Of a DNA stretch of 64,000 bases, positions 37,056 through 48,765 are shown piece after piece; within the stretch, counting starts at the first letter, position 1; each line of letters opens with the position of its first letter. The position numbers were made by a program, and so were the translations under genes. This DNA comes from Chrysemys picta bellii (lineage: Eukaryota), in NCBI RefSeq assembly GCF_011386835.1, contig NC_088802.1, positions 43,152,001 through 43,216,000 on the forward strand. Direction: 5' to 3'. The notes under the pieces were generated by a model, which was not told the origin of the DNA, made no database searches, and worked only from the letters and a program-made list of their open reading frames with translations.

Positions 37056-37906
37056 ACCTTCCATAGCCAGAACTAACTCACTCAGAGGCTCAAAGTTTCG
37101 CCCTGGCACTTTCACGAGCAAACGTCACACAAATATGTTTCAGATATTTTTAAGTTAACATTTTTCTAATGCTTTTTCTAAATAGGATTTATATTGTTTA
37201 CTCCCAATAGACCCTTCATACTGTGTCTTTGCTGGACTGCAACGGGGGACAGTTTGATTTAGGGGCAAGGGCAGTTTTAACCTAGCCAGAGCTTCCATTC
37301 TCTTTATCTATGGCTCAGGTTAATTAATGCCTCTCAAACTGCTGATTAACTGTATCCAGAGCTTCCAGCTCAAAACAGCCGTTTACAGTAGCAGTCAGGA
37401 AAGCACAGCCAATGGTTTATACGGAGATCAGCTCTTATGTGCCAACTCCGTCAGCCACCAACAGAGTTGAGACAAGTGGAAGGAAAAGCTTTCGCAGCTT
37501 ATTTGGAAAACTGCCTCTTTGCTGCTTACTGCCACATGGAAGCCGTGCCCATAATACACAAACCAAGCTTTAAAAACAGTCCTCCAGGATGAGTCTCATC
37601 TTGCCTTCCTGTGAAATCAATGGGAGCATGATTGAGCCCTTTACATGGGCAACCACTTGTTATTTCTCCCAACCCTGCCCTCTGGCAGGCTGGGTGCCTA
37701 TGGACAGCAGAAGTAACACCTGCTCCTGGAGGAAGGAGACGCCAGCCAGTGTACATCATAGCAGCAATTTCCTTGAGCAGATGTAGCTAGAAACTGTTTT
37801 TAATGAGTTTTATATAGTAACCATGATGGAATTTTTTCCAAAAAAAACAATTGAATGAACTTCAATATTGTACATTTCTGTTGACAAAAGGGACAGGCAA
37901 AGGACA

Positions 37907-37939
37907 AATAAATGTTTTATTGAGGTTTTTTCTAATAAA
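37907..37939. terminator. Cluster of convergent poly(A) signals (MIF4GD on +, MRPS7 on -)
   Basis: AATAAA (+) 37907-37912, TTTATT 37916-37921 (AATAAA on -), AATAAA (+) 37934-37939; alternative minus-strand signal at 38475-38480. Confidence 0.55.
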
Positions 37940-38991
37940 AGTTTTCCACTAATCAACACCATGTTTTCTCTCTCCACAGAGCTCTTGCTTTGTAACATTT
38001 CTAGGGTGTTGGGCTACTATGGAGGTAGCTACAAACAGGACATGAAGAGCTCTTCTGTAAGATTGCCATGTGTTAGTTTTCCTCTGGTACAGTGTGGCAG
38101 AGTTGCTTGTGAGCACGGAATTAGATTTTTAAATCAAAACAGAGGCCAAGGTTTGTGGTATTGAATTCTTCCCCATCCTCCTCAAACTATCAGTCTTTTC
38201 CTTTGCAGTGAGCAAAAGTGCTCTGTGCTTTCCAGCAAAGCACAACAGGTACAGAAGTGCTAGCAGCTCTTTTACAGGACAAGAGAAGGATTTCAACTCT
38301 GTCTAGCCAAGTGTAGGTGGGAAGGCATCTCCTAGAGAATAACCCTTCCTTTAGCTGACCCACTAGAGGACTGAGAAATACCGCTGCTCTGGTAGAGTGA
38401 TGGGCATCAGTACAAAACCCTAAGGCCAGCACTAAGATGTGGTGACAGTCTGAGGATGATAGAGAGGTTCCATTTTTATTTTCTCATTAACATCCAGATC
38501 ACATGTGCTCAGTCAAACAATGATTCTGCTAACAGACAGTATTGCAACAATCTAAAATTCAAACTAGGTGCTTTTCTGTCTCTGGCATTGATACACACAA
38601 AGAACATTCACAATGCAGAATACATTCCAGCTTGGATGCTAACGAGCAAAAACTTGTTTATCATGTTAGCAGACTGACTTGAAGACATCTCCTCCCCTGC
38701 CCTCAGAAAGCAGGTAGGTGGAGGAAAGAGGATATTTTATAGTGTTGCTCAGAAATACATCTAAAGGAAAGAAGCTTTTGTGGATGCATTTTTCATCTTG
38801 ATTTTTCTCTGCTTAAGGACCCAGCCTAGAAGCAGTTAACAGAAGCTGGCAGGCAACCTCCCCTATACATCATCTCTGCAGAAAGTAGACAGAGGTTGCT
38901 TCTTCACAGGCCTGGGCTCCACATGGATAGGGGTATGAGGAAATGTTCTTGTTGTCATAAGGCAAGGTCTCTCTTGCTCTCAGGGGGTCCC

Positions 38992-39213
38992 CTACCACCA
39001 GCGATAATGGGCATACGCCCGGTTAGCCTCGGCCATCTTGTGCATGTCATGCTTTCTCTTGATCACAGGGCCCTCATTGTTGAAGGCCTGCAGCAGTTCC
39101 TGGGATAGTTTTTCATGCATGAATGTCCGATGATGCTTATGTTCCCTGCACTCAGTAATTAACCACTTCATGGCGAGGAAGCGTTTCCGATTGTCCTTCA
39201 GAGGGCTTGGGAC
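38992..39213 (-). CDS. MRPS7: MRPS7 last coding exon (mitochondrial ribosomal protein uS7m)
   Basis: [73 protein letters not shown]; 222 bp. Confidence 0.96.
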   Translation of the reverse strand, partial: VPSPLKDNRKRFLAMKWLITECREHKHHRTFMHEKLSQELLQAFNNEGPVIKRKHDMHKMAEANRAYAHYRWW

Positions 39214-40246
39214 CTAGCAGACATTCAAGCAGTAGCACGGTTAAAATGCCTTACCCCACAATAGGACCATATACTGAAATAACTTTCTTCAATTGTTTAA
39301 CACTCCCAGGTGATTAAAAAGTGATTGGTGCTGAGGGGGTAGGAAGAAATTAACTCTAGCCAAGCATGAGTGAGTTTAGCATTGGTGAAACAACATTCCA
39401 CTCCAGCAGCAAAGTGTCCGCCTCTATCAATCCACAGATCAGGCACAGCAGTGCAAGATTTCCCATGTTGGCAGCCTCAAACCTGCCCAAGAGCAGTAGC
39501 CACCTGTTGGGACTAGAGGGATGTTCCGTTTGGTTCTTGGCCTCATTGCAGACACTGCCACTTACAGACTGGTTTTTGCGATGTAGACTCTTGTCTATGG
39601 GAACTTGACTAAGCTATTTCCTGCAGGTCTCTGATCAACCAGCAGAGGGCAGTAATTTATTGGCTGCATAGGAGGTTGGTGAAGCACTCCATATTTCATT
39701 AACAATCCCATGAGTTATCTAGGTGCATTTACCTAATTAGGAGAGCTGAAGAAACAGCCTTTGTCAAGGCTTTAAATAAACCAAAGGTCTCTATATGAAC
39801 CTTTTCTATGTGCTAACCTGCCTTCTGCAGGGGCTAAACTGCTCTGCTGGTTCTACACAGAGGCAGCATGGTCTAGCCATAAGACATCAGATTGAGATTC
39901 CAGAGACCTGGGGGGTTTCTTGGCTCTGCTACTGATAGGTTGTATCACCTTGGACAAGTCACTTCACCTCCCTGTACCTCAGTTTCCCCTCCCGCACGTT
40001 ATCCATTCAGATTGCAAGTGATTTGGGGCAGGAACTCTCTAATTATGGGTAAGTACAGCACTCCGCACTTACAGACCCCAGCCAAGATCAGTTTCCCATT
40101 CTGCCATTATAATACAGATGATAATAAATGATACTTCCAAGGGAAATGCAAGCAGGTTTTGGGAGGGGTGGGAAAGACACTGGTAGTTTGCCCCCTGTCC
40201 AATTCTTTCTAGCCTAGGCTGGCCTTCAGATCCCTTTTCTGTTTAC

Positions 40247-40414
40247 CTGGTAGGTTTTGCCTCCTTTTTGGATGTTGTAGATCCCAATGACGGGCTGGCA
40301 GTTTTTCAGTGCCTGATGGAAGATGATGTAAGGGTTGCACTCAATGCTCTCCCTCTCCTCCTCAGAGGCTTGATAGTATTTCTCAAGCTGCTTCCTCTTA
40401 ATGCCTTCTAGGGT
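40247..40414 (-). CDS. MRPS7: MRPS7 coding exon 4
   Basis: [56 protein letters not shown]; tttag| and |gtaaac; 168 bp. Confidence 0.95.
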
Positions 40415-42044
40415 CTAAATACAAACACAAGGAAACATGCCCATGCTCCTCAGTGTACAGTTGCCTTCCCTACAGGATTTACTCCACTCCAGAGTGAAGT
40501 TAGAATCAAGACAATTTCAGACACACCCTCCCCTTCGTTTGAGAAATCTGGGCCATGGAGGATTTCACCCTACTACACCTTAAGTAGGCCAGTAGGGGGT
40601 CCTCGAGCAACTACAGGTTTTACTCAGTCCTCACCTCCTTAGCCCAGATTGCCACACAGACATATTCCTCTGCTGGAGTCCAGTCCTCACTGGTTTTCCC
40701 CTCTTATAGCCCATTGGTGGGTGTGAAGTGTAGCAGTGATCACCAACAAATGGGGGGAAGCAGAGAAGAGAGAAAGCAATGCTGACCCCGCTCTCACCTT
40801 ACAACTGCCTATTAGATTTTCCCAAGATGCACTTCCACCTCCTCAGCGTATCAGTTACACCAGTTTACATATCATACTATTATGCTGCATTCACCACTTT
40901 TCTGGTGAACTTATACCCATCATCCAACACATACTGACCATGCAACACACACTATCCTTTACAGCACCAGTGGATGCCCCCTAAATCAGGAATCCTGAAG
41001 CCCATTAAGTTGGGGCAGGTCTGTACTGAAGAAATTAGAAGTCTTCTAGACTTCAGCTCCACATCAACTAATGCCCAAAGGGAGGCAGCCTGGTTCAGTG
41101 AACAGTCAGGGATGCCCTGAGAGGCAGGAGACTTGGTTCTGGTGCCTGGCTTTGCCACAGTTGTCTTGTCTGATTTTAGGCAAGTCACTAGACTTTTCTG
41201 TATCACAGCTACCACCTGTAAAATCTGGATAATGATACCCCCCCCTTCTTTGTGAAGAGACTAAAGATCCTCAGATAAAGAGTGCTAAGTATTAATATTA
41301 TAGAAAGGAAGTATCCACCTGGTATTAGTGTTGCCCAACACTTCTCATAAACCACTATTTTCAGTTGCTTATAACTCGGCCAAATTTCAACTCTTTGGGC
41401 TGACATTTTCCATGCTGGGTGTCTGCCTCAGCATGAATTTTTGGGGGAAAATTTTATCCAGAACAGTTCCAAAAATAAGGCTAGGGAAAAAACATTTTGT
41501 ACATGTTAGAAAATTATTGCAACCTTTTCTTTAAGCTCTAGTGCTCCCTTGCTTTGGAACAGGGACTTCAAATTTGGAAGGTGGGTGGTCTTTGTGTCAG
41601 GGATGTGCCTTTTGCCATCCCTGTGAAAATTCACCCAAATGTGGCCAATTTATAAACCACTGAAGAAAACTGCAGTTTGCACATGCTCAGTAAATACTAG
41701 CGAGAGCTCAGCAGCTATATTCCACATGCACTAGGCATGCTCCATCCCAAGGCTGAGTAAGACTTTCACTGCAGTTGCAGCTCTGTGCTGCTGCGGTCTG
41801 TGCCAATGCTGGGCATTGGAACTGAAAGCAGGGAGCCTGTCTCCTCAATGACCCTCCTACTTGGCCTAGGCAGCAGGGAGAAAGCGAACCAATTTGATTG
41901 CAGAGGGGACAAGCTCTGCACAGGCAACCTTACTTCTGGCATTTCGTAACTTCTGAGTGATTCCCTTGGCAAGCTTAATAAGGTTATTTTAATGCATTTT
42001 TTTGGCATGTAATATTTAAACACGAGAGATTCCAGTCCCCTCAC

Positions 42045-42108
42045 CTGTGTAACGATGGATCTGGCCAGCACTTTGTTTCCTCCCTTCATCATCATGTTGG
42101 TGAATTTA
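42045..42108 (-). CDS. MRPS7: MRPS7 coding exon 3
   Basis: (S)KFTNMMMKGGNKVLARSIVTQ; ttgcag| and |gtgagg; 64 bp. Confidence 0.95.
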
Positions 42109-42296
42109 CTGCAAGCACAAAACCAAACATGATATAATTAGAACTTTGGTTCCATCACCAGAGGTCCCTAATTGTGTTGTTCCTGTGATTAAATCCTATC
42201 CCTGCTAGGATTTGGGTGGCTGTGCTCATCTTTAACCACTATTATTCAATGGATCTTCCTCCTGGGAAGAGATTAACCCAAATAAAGGGATTACAC

Positions 42297-42636
42297 CAGG
42301 GATTGGCAATCTTTGGCACGCGGCCTGCTGGGGGTAAGCACCCTGGCGGGTGGGCTGGTTTGTTTACCTGCCGCATCGACAGGTTCGGCCAATCACAGCT
42401 CCCACTGGCTGCAGTTCTCCGCTCCAGGCCAATGGGGGCGACAGGAAGCAGCGGCCAGCACATATCTCGGCCCACGCAGCTTCACGCAGCCCCCATTGGC
42501 CTGGAGCGGCGAACCGCAGCCAGTGGGAGCCGCAATCGGCCGAACCTGCAGACATGGCAGGTAAACAAACCGGCCCGGCCCGGCCCGCCAGGGTGCTTAC
42601 CCTGGAGGGCCGTGGGCCAAAGGTTGCTGACCCCTG
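42297..42636. mobile_element. hAT MITE with ~108-bp internal inverted arms
   Basis: TIRs cagggattggcaatctttggc / gccaaaggttgctgacccctg; TSD gattacac / gatttcag (6/8); arms ~42331-42438 and ~42490-42602. Confidence 0.8.
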
Positions 42637-43106
42637 GATTTCAGAGTAACAGGAAGGCAATGGGCAGCCCGGTAGACAAAGGCATGGGGGGGCGGAGGGG
42701 AGGGCACTGCAATGGCTTTACTTCTCAGCAGTAATGGGCTCAGAGACAGAGCCCTCAATTACTCCATCCATTACATTGTTTTATAATAAGAGCTATTTAT
42801 TCAAATTTAAACAGTAAATCCCTATCCAGGTAGAGAGAGTTCACTAACAAACCTCCGCATCCAACTCATCTGCCGCCCTCGTTCTGGAAAGGGGAAGAGA
42901 ATTCTGTGGACATGATCCTGTTAGGAGCTGACCTCTAGCCGTCCACCGGGGTTGTGGCTGCTCAGCCCTCCTGAGCAACGAACTCAGTCCTGCTCCCATT
43001 GAAGTCAATAGCAAAACTCTCAGTGACTTCAGTGGGAGCAGGATAAACTGCCCTTGATCCTTGGGAGACAGCTGGTGTTGTAACAAAGGAGACTGTGCTT
43101 TCTGAC

Positions 43107-43298
43107 CTGATTGTAGGGTCACTGAACACAGAGCTGGTGACATTAGAAGCTGTAGCTTTTATGGGATGGAGGGCCTTGAGCTCCTGTTGTGTTTTCTCCT
43201 CCTCGGACAGCTCCTCCAGGGGTTTGCGGTTCACCTCCTTGTTCACTACTGGTTCAAGGTAACTGGGGCCATACCGGCTCCATCTCACCTGGGTCAAC
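43107..43298 (-). CDS. MRPS7: MRPS7 coding exon 2
   Basis: LTQVRWSRYGPSYLEPVVNKEVNRKPLEELSEEEK...SSVFSDPTI; tttgcag| and |gtcaga; 192 bp. Confidence 0.95.
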
Positions 43299-45524
43299 CT
43301 GCAAAGAGTAAGAAGGGATGAAGGGGTCTGTAAATTGACATCGCTGTATACAGCATTCTTCAGTCTGGCTCACCAAGTCCATCTCCAGTGTTATGGAACA
43401 AGTCCCAGAACAGACAGAGAAAGAGACTGGTACTGGGGATATGCACCCTTCCACCCTTATTAGCATGATTTGTATTCTAGTATTGCTCTGGGGCCCCAGT
43501 CAGGATCAGGGCCCATTGTGCTGGGTGCTGTACAAACACACTGTAATAGAGTCCCTTCCTGAAAGAGACTGCAATATCAATAGGGTCTACAAATTCCCAC
43601 ACGGCAAATAATGAACTTCTGGTCACCCATAAGCTGCTGAATGTTAAAGTTAATAATTAATATAAAACCAACAAGAATACAGTGCCTGGATAGCAGCATG
43701 CCGTCTCTCCCTCTTTGCCAACCACTCACCTGAGCTACTCCCAAACAGCAATGGTGCCCTCTCTCCCCCTCCCCCTGAGGATATACAGAAAACTCTTGAG
43801 ATGCTGCCAACCCCTTTCTCTGCAGGCACTAGGGATGCTAATCCCACAAGCCCTAAAGTCTGAAAAAAGTTAAAGGCCTGAAACTGTGAGGTTCCAAGTG
43901 CCATCACCTCTCACTGGTTTCAATATAAACAAATCTTGGTTAAAGAGTAATGTTATTTTAATACTTTTGACAGATTTGGGGGGGGGCATTTCTTATAAAC
44001 AGCTCCTCTGTAAAAGCAAGTTATATAGATGTACTTTGTTCTGGGGTCCTAAATAGGGTGCTGCTTTCCCTTTAGTTACTGTTAACAGGGAACTATGGGT
44101 TTTTTTTTTTGGAGGGATAGGGGAAGAATACGGTTACCTCTGGATCCTACCTCCAAAGCCTCTCCAAATAATGTAACATTAATAATGTATCCAGGATACA
44201 ATCCACACAATAATAAATGCAAAAGGAGCAATTTAAAATTCTGGTCCCTTTTAACTTCAATGGACATGGGATCCGGCTCATTATTTAAAGTGGGGTAGTG
44301 GGGTACACTTGCAAACATTATTATAATAATTAAAAGTACATACAAGAATAGCAATAGCAAAAAATACAACTGAAGTTCAAGGAAGAAAACAGAAGTGGCA
44401 GTCCTGAGCTTTAACATACAAATTGGAGTCTCCAGTTCAGCAATATTGCTTTGATCACAATTATCCTGCAGTTGTCTGCCACTTTATTAATAGAGGTACA
44501 CAAGAGGGCACAGTGCTTTACAGACAAATACAGAGACAAGGTACCTACCCTCAGGAGCAAAGATCCTGGTTACCCTTTGAAATCAAAGGTCCCAATCCTG
44601 CAACTGGATCTGCATGGGTGCAAATTTCCACCTGTATAAAACCAGTTGCAGGATGGGAGACTACAGTCAGACCAAAAACATAGTGAAAGAACAGACCACA
44701 GGGTATGGTAAGGGGAATGCTATCCACAAGAGGGAGTGGGAAATAAACATGTTTTTGGGAGCACCATTTTTCACAAAAGAAACAAATATCTAGGATTTCC
44801 TGGTTGTCATCGTGCAGCCTAACATGACTGCTCAGAACGTCATAGCAACAGTAGGGCTAGAACTTAGATCTTCCTGCTCCAAAAGCACACGCCCCTGCCA
44901 CATTAACAGTGAAACTTTTTTTTAAAGCTGTTAGCAGTATAGGGACAACGATACATTTGAGCCGCTCTTATACCGGCCCACATCTTTCACTGGTGGAATA
45001 GCAATGGAAGGGCTTTAAAAGAGAAGCAAGTTCCAAGAAGGGATTTGAATGAGGAGAGGAGAGATTGGTTCCAGGCCTGAGAAGCAGCACAGACGAAGAG
45101 CAGAAAGACTTTGAAAGCAGAGCAAACGTTGAGAAAAATCACTCCACTGGAGTAACAGGCAAAGCTAGGTCAATGTCAATAAGTGAGATTTCAAGCATTT
45201 TCTTGAAACACCCAGCAAAACCCTCCACGGATGCTCGAAAAAGGATTTTAAAATAATCCATAATGAGTGACACTTGGCAACTCAAGAAACCAAAATCTAC
45301 AGTGGCACTTACACTGCAGTGGGGCAGCACCACTGGAACACACTCACTTGCCATCCTCCCCAGGGTGCTGCGAGGAGTGGCTAGTGCATGCACAAAGCTT
45401 TGAAGATAGGACGCGCCATTGCCTTACTAAGCATCACTAAAATGAATCTTTCCCCCACAAAGGATCCCAGGGTGCGAGGCTGGCCTTACACATACTGGCT
45501 TAAAGTGGTTTCTATGATATACAG

Positions 45525-45799
45525 CAGTGGTCCCCAAACTTTTCAGGGTCACCCCCCCTTACCCCAGTCTGTGCCCCACCCCTGTGTCACAGCTCCAGGG
45601 GTGACACAGATGGGAGTAAGGGGGCTGAAGCTGGGGCCACAGCCGGGGGCCCTGGGACAGGAAGGGCATGAGGCCAGGAGCAGAGCTGGGTCGTACTCCC
45701 TCCCTGACCCCCATGGGGGCTGGCCTAGGCCCCAACTACCCCCCCCACGTTCCTCTGCATCCCCCAAGAGGAACGCACCCCACAATTTGGGGTACTCTG
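45525..45799. mobile_element. hAT MITE
   Basis: TIRs cagtggtccccaaa / tttggggtactctg; TSD atatacag / atatatag (7/8). Confidence 0.8.
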
Positions 45800-45849
45800 A
45801 TATATAGGGTTTAGTTTGGTTCAATGGCTGCACACCCCCACTATGCAAA

Positions 45850-46350
45850 TTGTTCCAGCGCCCCTGAATGTCCCATTCTCCTCCCCTGGTTCAGGGCAGG
45901 GGGGGGCAGTCGCGCTGCCCACTCCTCCCCCGGCAGCAGGGCCGAAGCTCGGGGAGGGGGAGAGCGGCCTGTCCCCTCCCCGAGAACAGGGCCTAGGCGG
46001 GATTGGGGGGGGGCTCCCTGACCACCTGCCCCGGCAGCAGCTCTCCTCCATCAGCGCGTGACTCTACCCAAGCGCCGCCAGCACCGCGGGGCTGCTCCTT
46101 ACCCGGGCAGCCAGGCCCGCGCGGGAGCGGCCAGCCGACGGCCCAGCGCCGCGAGCCGCCCTGCCATGGGAGCCGCCATCTTGCATCCGGGCTCCAGGAC
46201 CCCGTCAGGCTGCCCCGGCCGCCGCCTGCGTTGCTATCTCTTGCCCGCCTAATTGCCACTTACGTGTGCAGAGGAAGTCGGTGCGCGCCTGCCTGCTGAC
46301 TAGGGGCAGGCCGCCTTCCTGTTGCAGCAGGATATTGTTTTCCCCACTCT
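45850..46350 (-). promoter_or_regulatory. MRPS7 CpG island / promoter
   Basis: CpG dense; YY1-type AAGATGGCGGC over the start codon (46172-46182, minus); ETS-like gaggaagt near 46270-46279. Confidence 0.7.
46103..46179 (-). CDS. MRPS7: MRPS7 coding exon 1 (mitochondrial targeting peptide)
   Basis: MAAPMAGRLAALGRRLAAPARAWLP(G), Arg/Ala/Leu-rich with no acidic residues; donor gg|gtaagg; five exons sum to 723 bp (240 aa + stop). Confidence 0.92.
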
Positions 46351-46569
46351 GTCACGCCCCCCCCCCCTCCACACCATGTGTATTGCAGTGGAGTGAAATG
46401 TGGGCCTCATGCTCCTCTCACAGCAGTTTTACTCCAATGCAACGCCATTGACTTGGGTGGAGTGCATCCTGATTTACACCAGTGTGCAATCAGAACCAGG
46501 CATGGTGACTCTGGTTTTCCCTCTTTACAGCTTTCAAATACTGACATCTGATCTCAGGCAGCGGTCTGG

Positions 46570-46849
46570 CAGCAGTTCTCAAACTATGGGTCACGACCTC
46601 AAAGTGGGTCGGGACCCCATTTTAATGGGGTGGCCAGGAGGGCCAGCATTAGACTTGCTGGGACCCAGGGCTGAAGCCTGAGTTCCACCCCCACCCAGGA
46701 TGGCAGGGCTCCGGCTGCAGCTCCCTCTTCCCCCCACTCGGGCAGAGGATCTCCGTCACCCGTCCCCCCCCCCCCCCCGCGCCCAGGGGTCATGTAGTTA
46801 CTTTGTTGTCAGTAAGGGGATGCAGAGCAATGAAGTTTGAGAACCCTAG
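46570..46849. mobile_element. hAT (Charlie-type) MITE between the MRPS7 and GGA3 starts
   Basis: TIR-like cagcagttctcaaact / agtttgagaaccctag; no TSD recognised. Confidence 0.6.
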
Positions 46850-47499
46850 GCTAAGCATTGACACTGCAATCATCTCCTTGGGCCCTGCCCCCTGCATAGT
46901 GCTCCCTGGAGACACACTGGAGCACTCAGGATATCTCAGCACCAGCTCTGAACATTAAGGAGCAAAGGATAACATTTTAAAAAATACCAAAGTGAAGTAG
47001 GAGCTTAAATCTCATTTTCAAAAACGATTTAGGCGCCTAAGTCCCAGGAGTTGGGCTTTTTGAACATATCACCCAAAGTGCCAGTATCTGGGCTTTCAGT
47101 CCTGTGTGATGTCTTGATAGGATGAAGTGTAAGCCTGTCTTACGATCACTGTTTACATTACTGTCATTGTACCACGACACCGTTTAGATTTCAAGTCCAA
47201 AATATGCATTTTCCATGTGCATGGAGTTTCCATCTACTGGATTTTGAGCCAAAATTGGGTAACAACTCAGGCTCTGATCCTGCAACTGGAGCCATACAGG
47301 TGCAAAGTCCACTGATGCGGATCTTCCTCTCAGGAAGGGGCCTCAGTTTGCTAGTTAAGGTTGACAAAATAAATAAAAGCAAGCCACGTAAGGGGCCCCG
47401 GGCTCCATTTCAGACATAGCTGAGAACTGTCCCTTTATGCTAGTGTTGTGGATACGAGAACCCAGGTGAAACTAGACCCTGGGGCCTGAGTTCTGGGGC

Positions 47500-48200
47500 C
47501 AGCTCCCCATGCCAAAAGCTCTGCCACCCAGTTCAGGGGTCAGCTCCGCTGCAAGGGCGCCCACGCAGTGGCATGGCAAAATCTCTGCCACGCTTTGGGG
47601 CCTATTGTAGAGGGAGCTCCTGGGTACTGTGAGTAAATCAGAACAGTCCCGGCTCAGCCTGGGGCGCTGTGCGCACACAGTGACCGGGGATGTCTGAGCC
47701 CCAGGCCCACTGGGGCGAGGAGCTGGGGGGGCTTTTACCAGCCATTTGTTCTTGGGGGTCAGGATACCCCCAGCCTGCTGCGCGAGGCTCAGGAATCCCA
47801 CTGTGAACAGCCCCAGCACTAGAGGGGGCCACAGTGGGGAGGGGTCCAGTCCCCCGCCCTGCAGTCCCCCCTCCACCACAGAACTGCCGCCCCTCCCCCA
47901 GCCCAGCCCGGCCCGGCTGGGCTCTCGCGCGGCTGGGGCGGAGTCTCGGGCCCGGCCGGCAACATGGCGGAGGCGGAAGGGGAGAGTCTGGAGTCCTGGC
48001 TCAGTGAGTGACCCCCCGTCCTCCGTCCGCGCCCCCAGCCCCTGTCCCCTCAGCACCCCCCTGCGCTCCCCGTCTGCCGCCCTCCGTGCCCGTGCCCCCT
48101 GGTCCATGTCCCCTCCCTACCGTCCCTGTGCCCCCCGTCTGCTGCTCTCCGCCCCCTCCATGCCCCTGTACCCACCTTCCGCTGCTCTCTGAGCCCCCGT
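47500..48200 (+). promoter_or_regulatory. GGA3 CpG island / promoter
   Basis: CpG dense; YY1-like aacatggcgg over the ATG (47961-47970). Confidence 0.7.
47964..48003 (+). CDS. GGA3: GGA3 coding exon 1
   Basis: MAEAEGESLESWL; donor a|gtgagt; 40 bp. Confidence 0.95.
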
Positions 48201-48303
48201 CCATGTTCCCGCTCTACCCCATCAGTGCCCCCGTCTGCCTCCCTCCAGCTCATCAATACCCCTTCATCCTGTGTCTTCCTGTCTGCCACCCACTGCCCCA
48301 GCC

Positions 48304-48765
48304 ATGCCCCTGTCTCCCCCTCTCTGTCCCCCATCCTATCAATGCCCTTGTGTCCCCCTGTCCATGTCCCCTGTCCTAGCCATGCCCCTGTGTCCCCCTG
48401 TCCATGTCCCCTGTCCTAGTCATGCCCCTGTGTCCCCCTCTCTGTCCCCCATCCTATCAATGCCCCTGTGTCCCCCTGTCCATGTCCCCCCCCATCCTAT
48501 CAATGCCCCTGTGTCCCCCTGTCCATGTCCCCTGTCCTAGCCATGCCCCTGTGTCCCCCTGTCCATGTCCCCTGTCCTAGTCATGCCCCTGTGTCCCCCT
48601 CTCTGTCCCCCATCCTATCAATGCCCCTGTGTCCCCCTGTCCATGTCCCCTGTCCTAGTCATGCCCCTGTGTCCCCCTGTCCATGTCCCCCCCATCCTAT
48701 CCATGCCCCTGTCCATGTCCCCCCCATCCTATCCATGCTCCTGTGTCCCCCTGTCCTATCCATGT
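48304..48765. repeat. C-rich minisatellite, ten 38-43-bp units plus degenerate tail
   Basis: Units begin atgccc(c/t)tgt at 48304, 48342, 48382, 48422, 48460, 48503, 48543, 48583, 48621, 48661. Confidence 0.92.
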
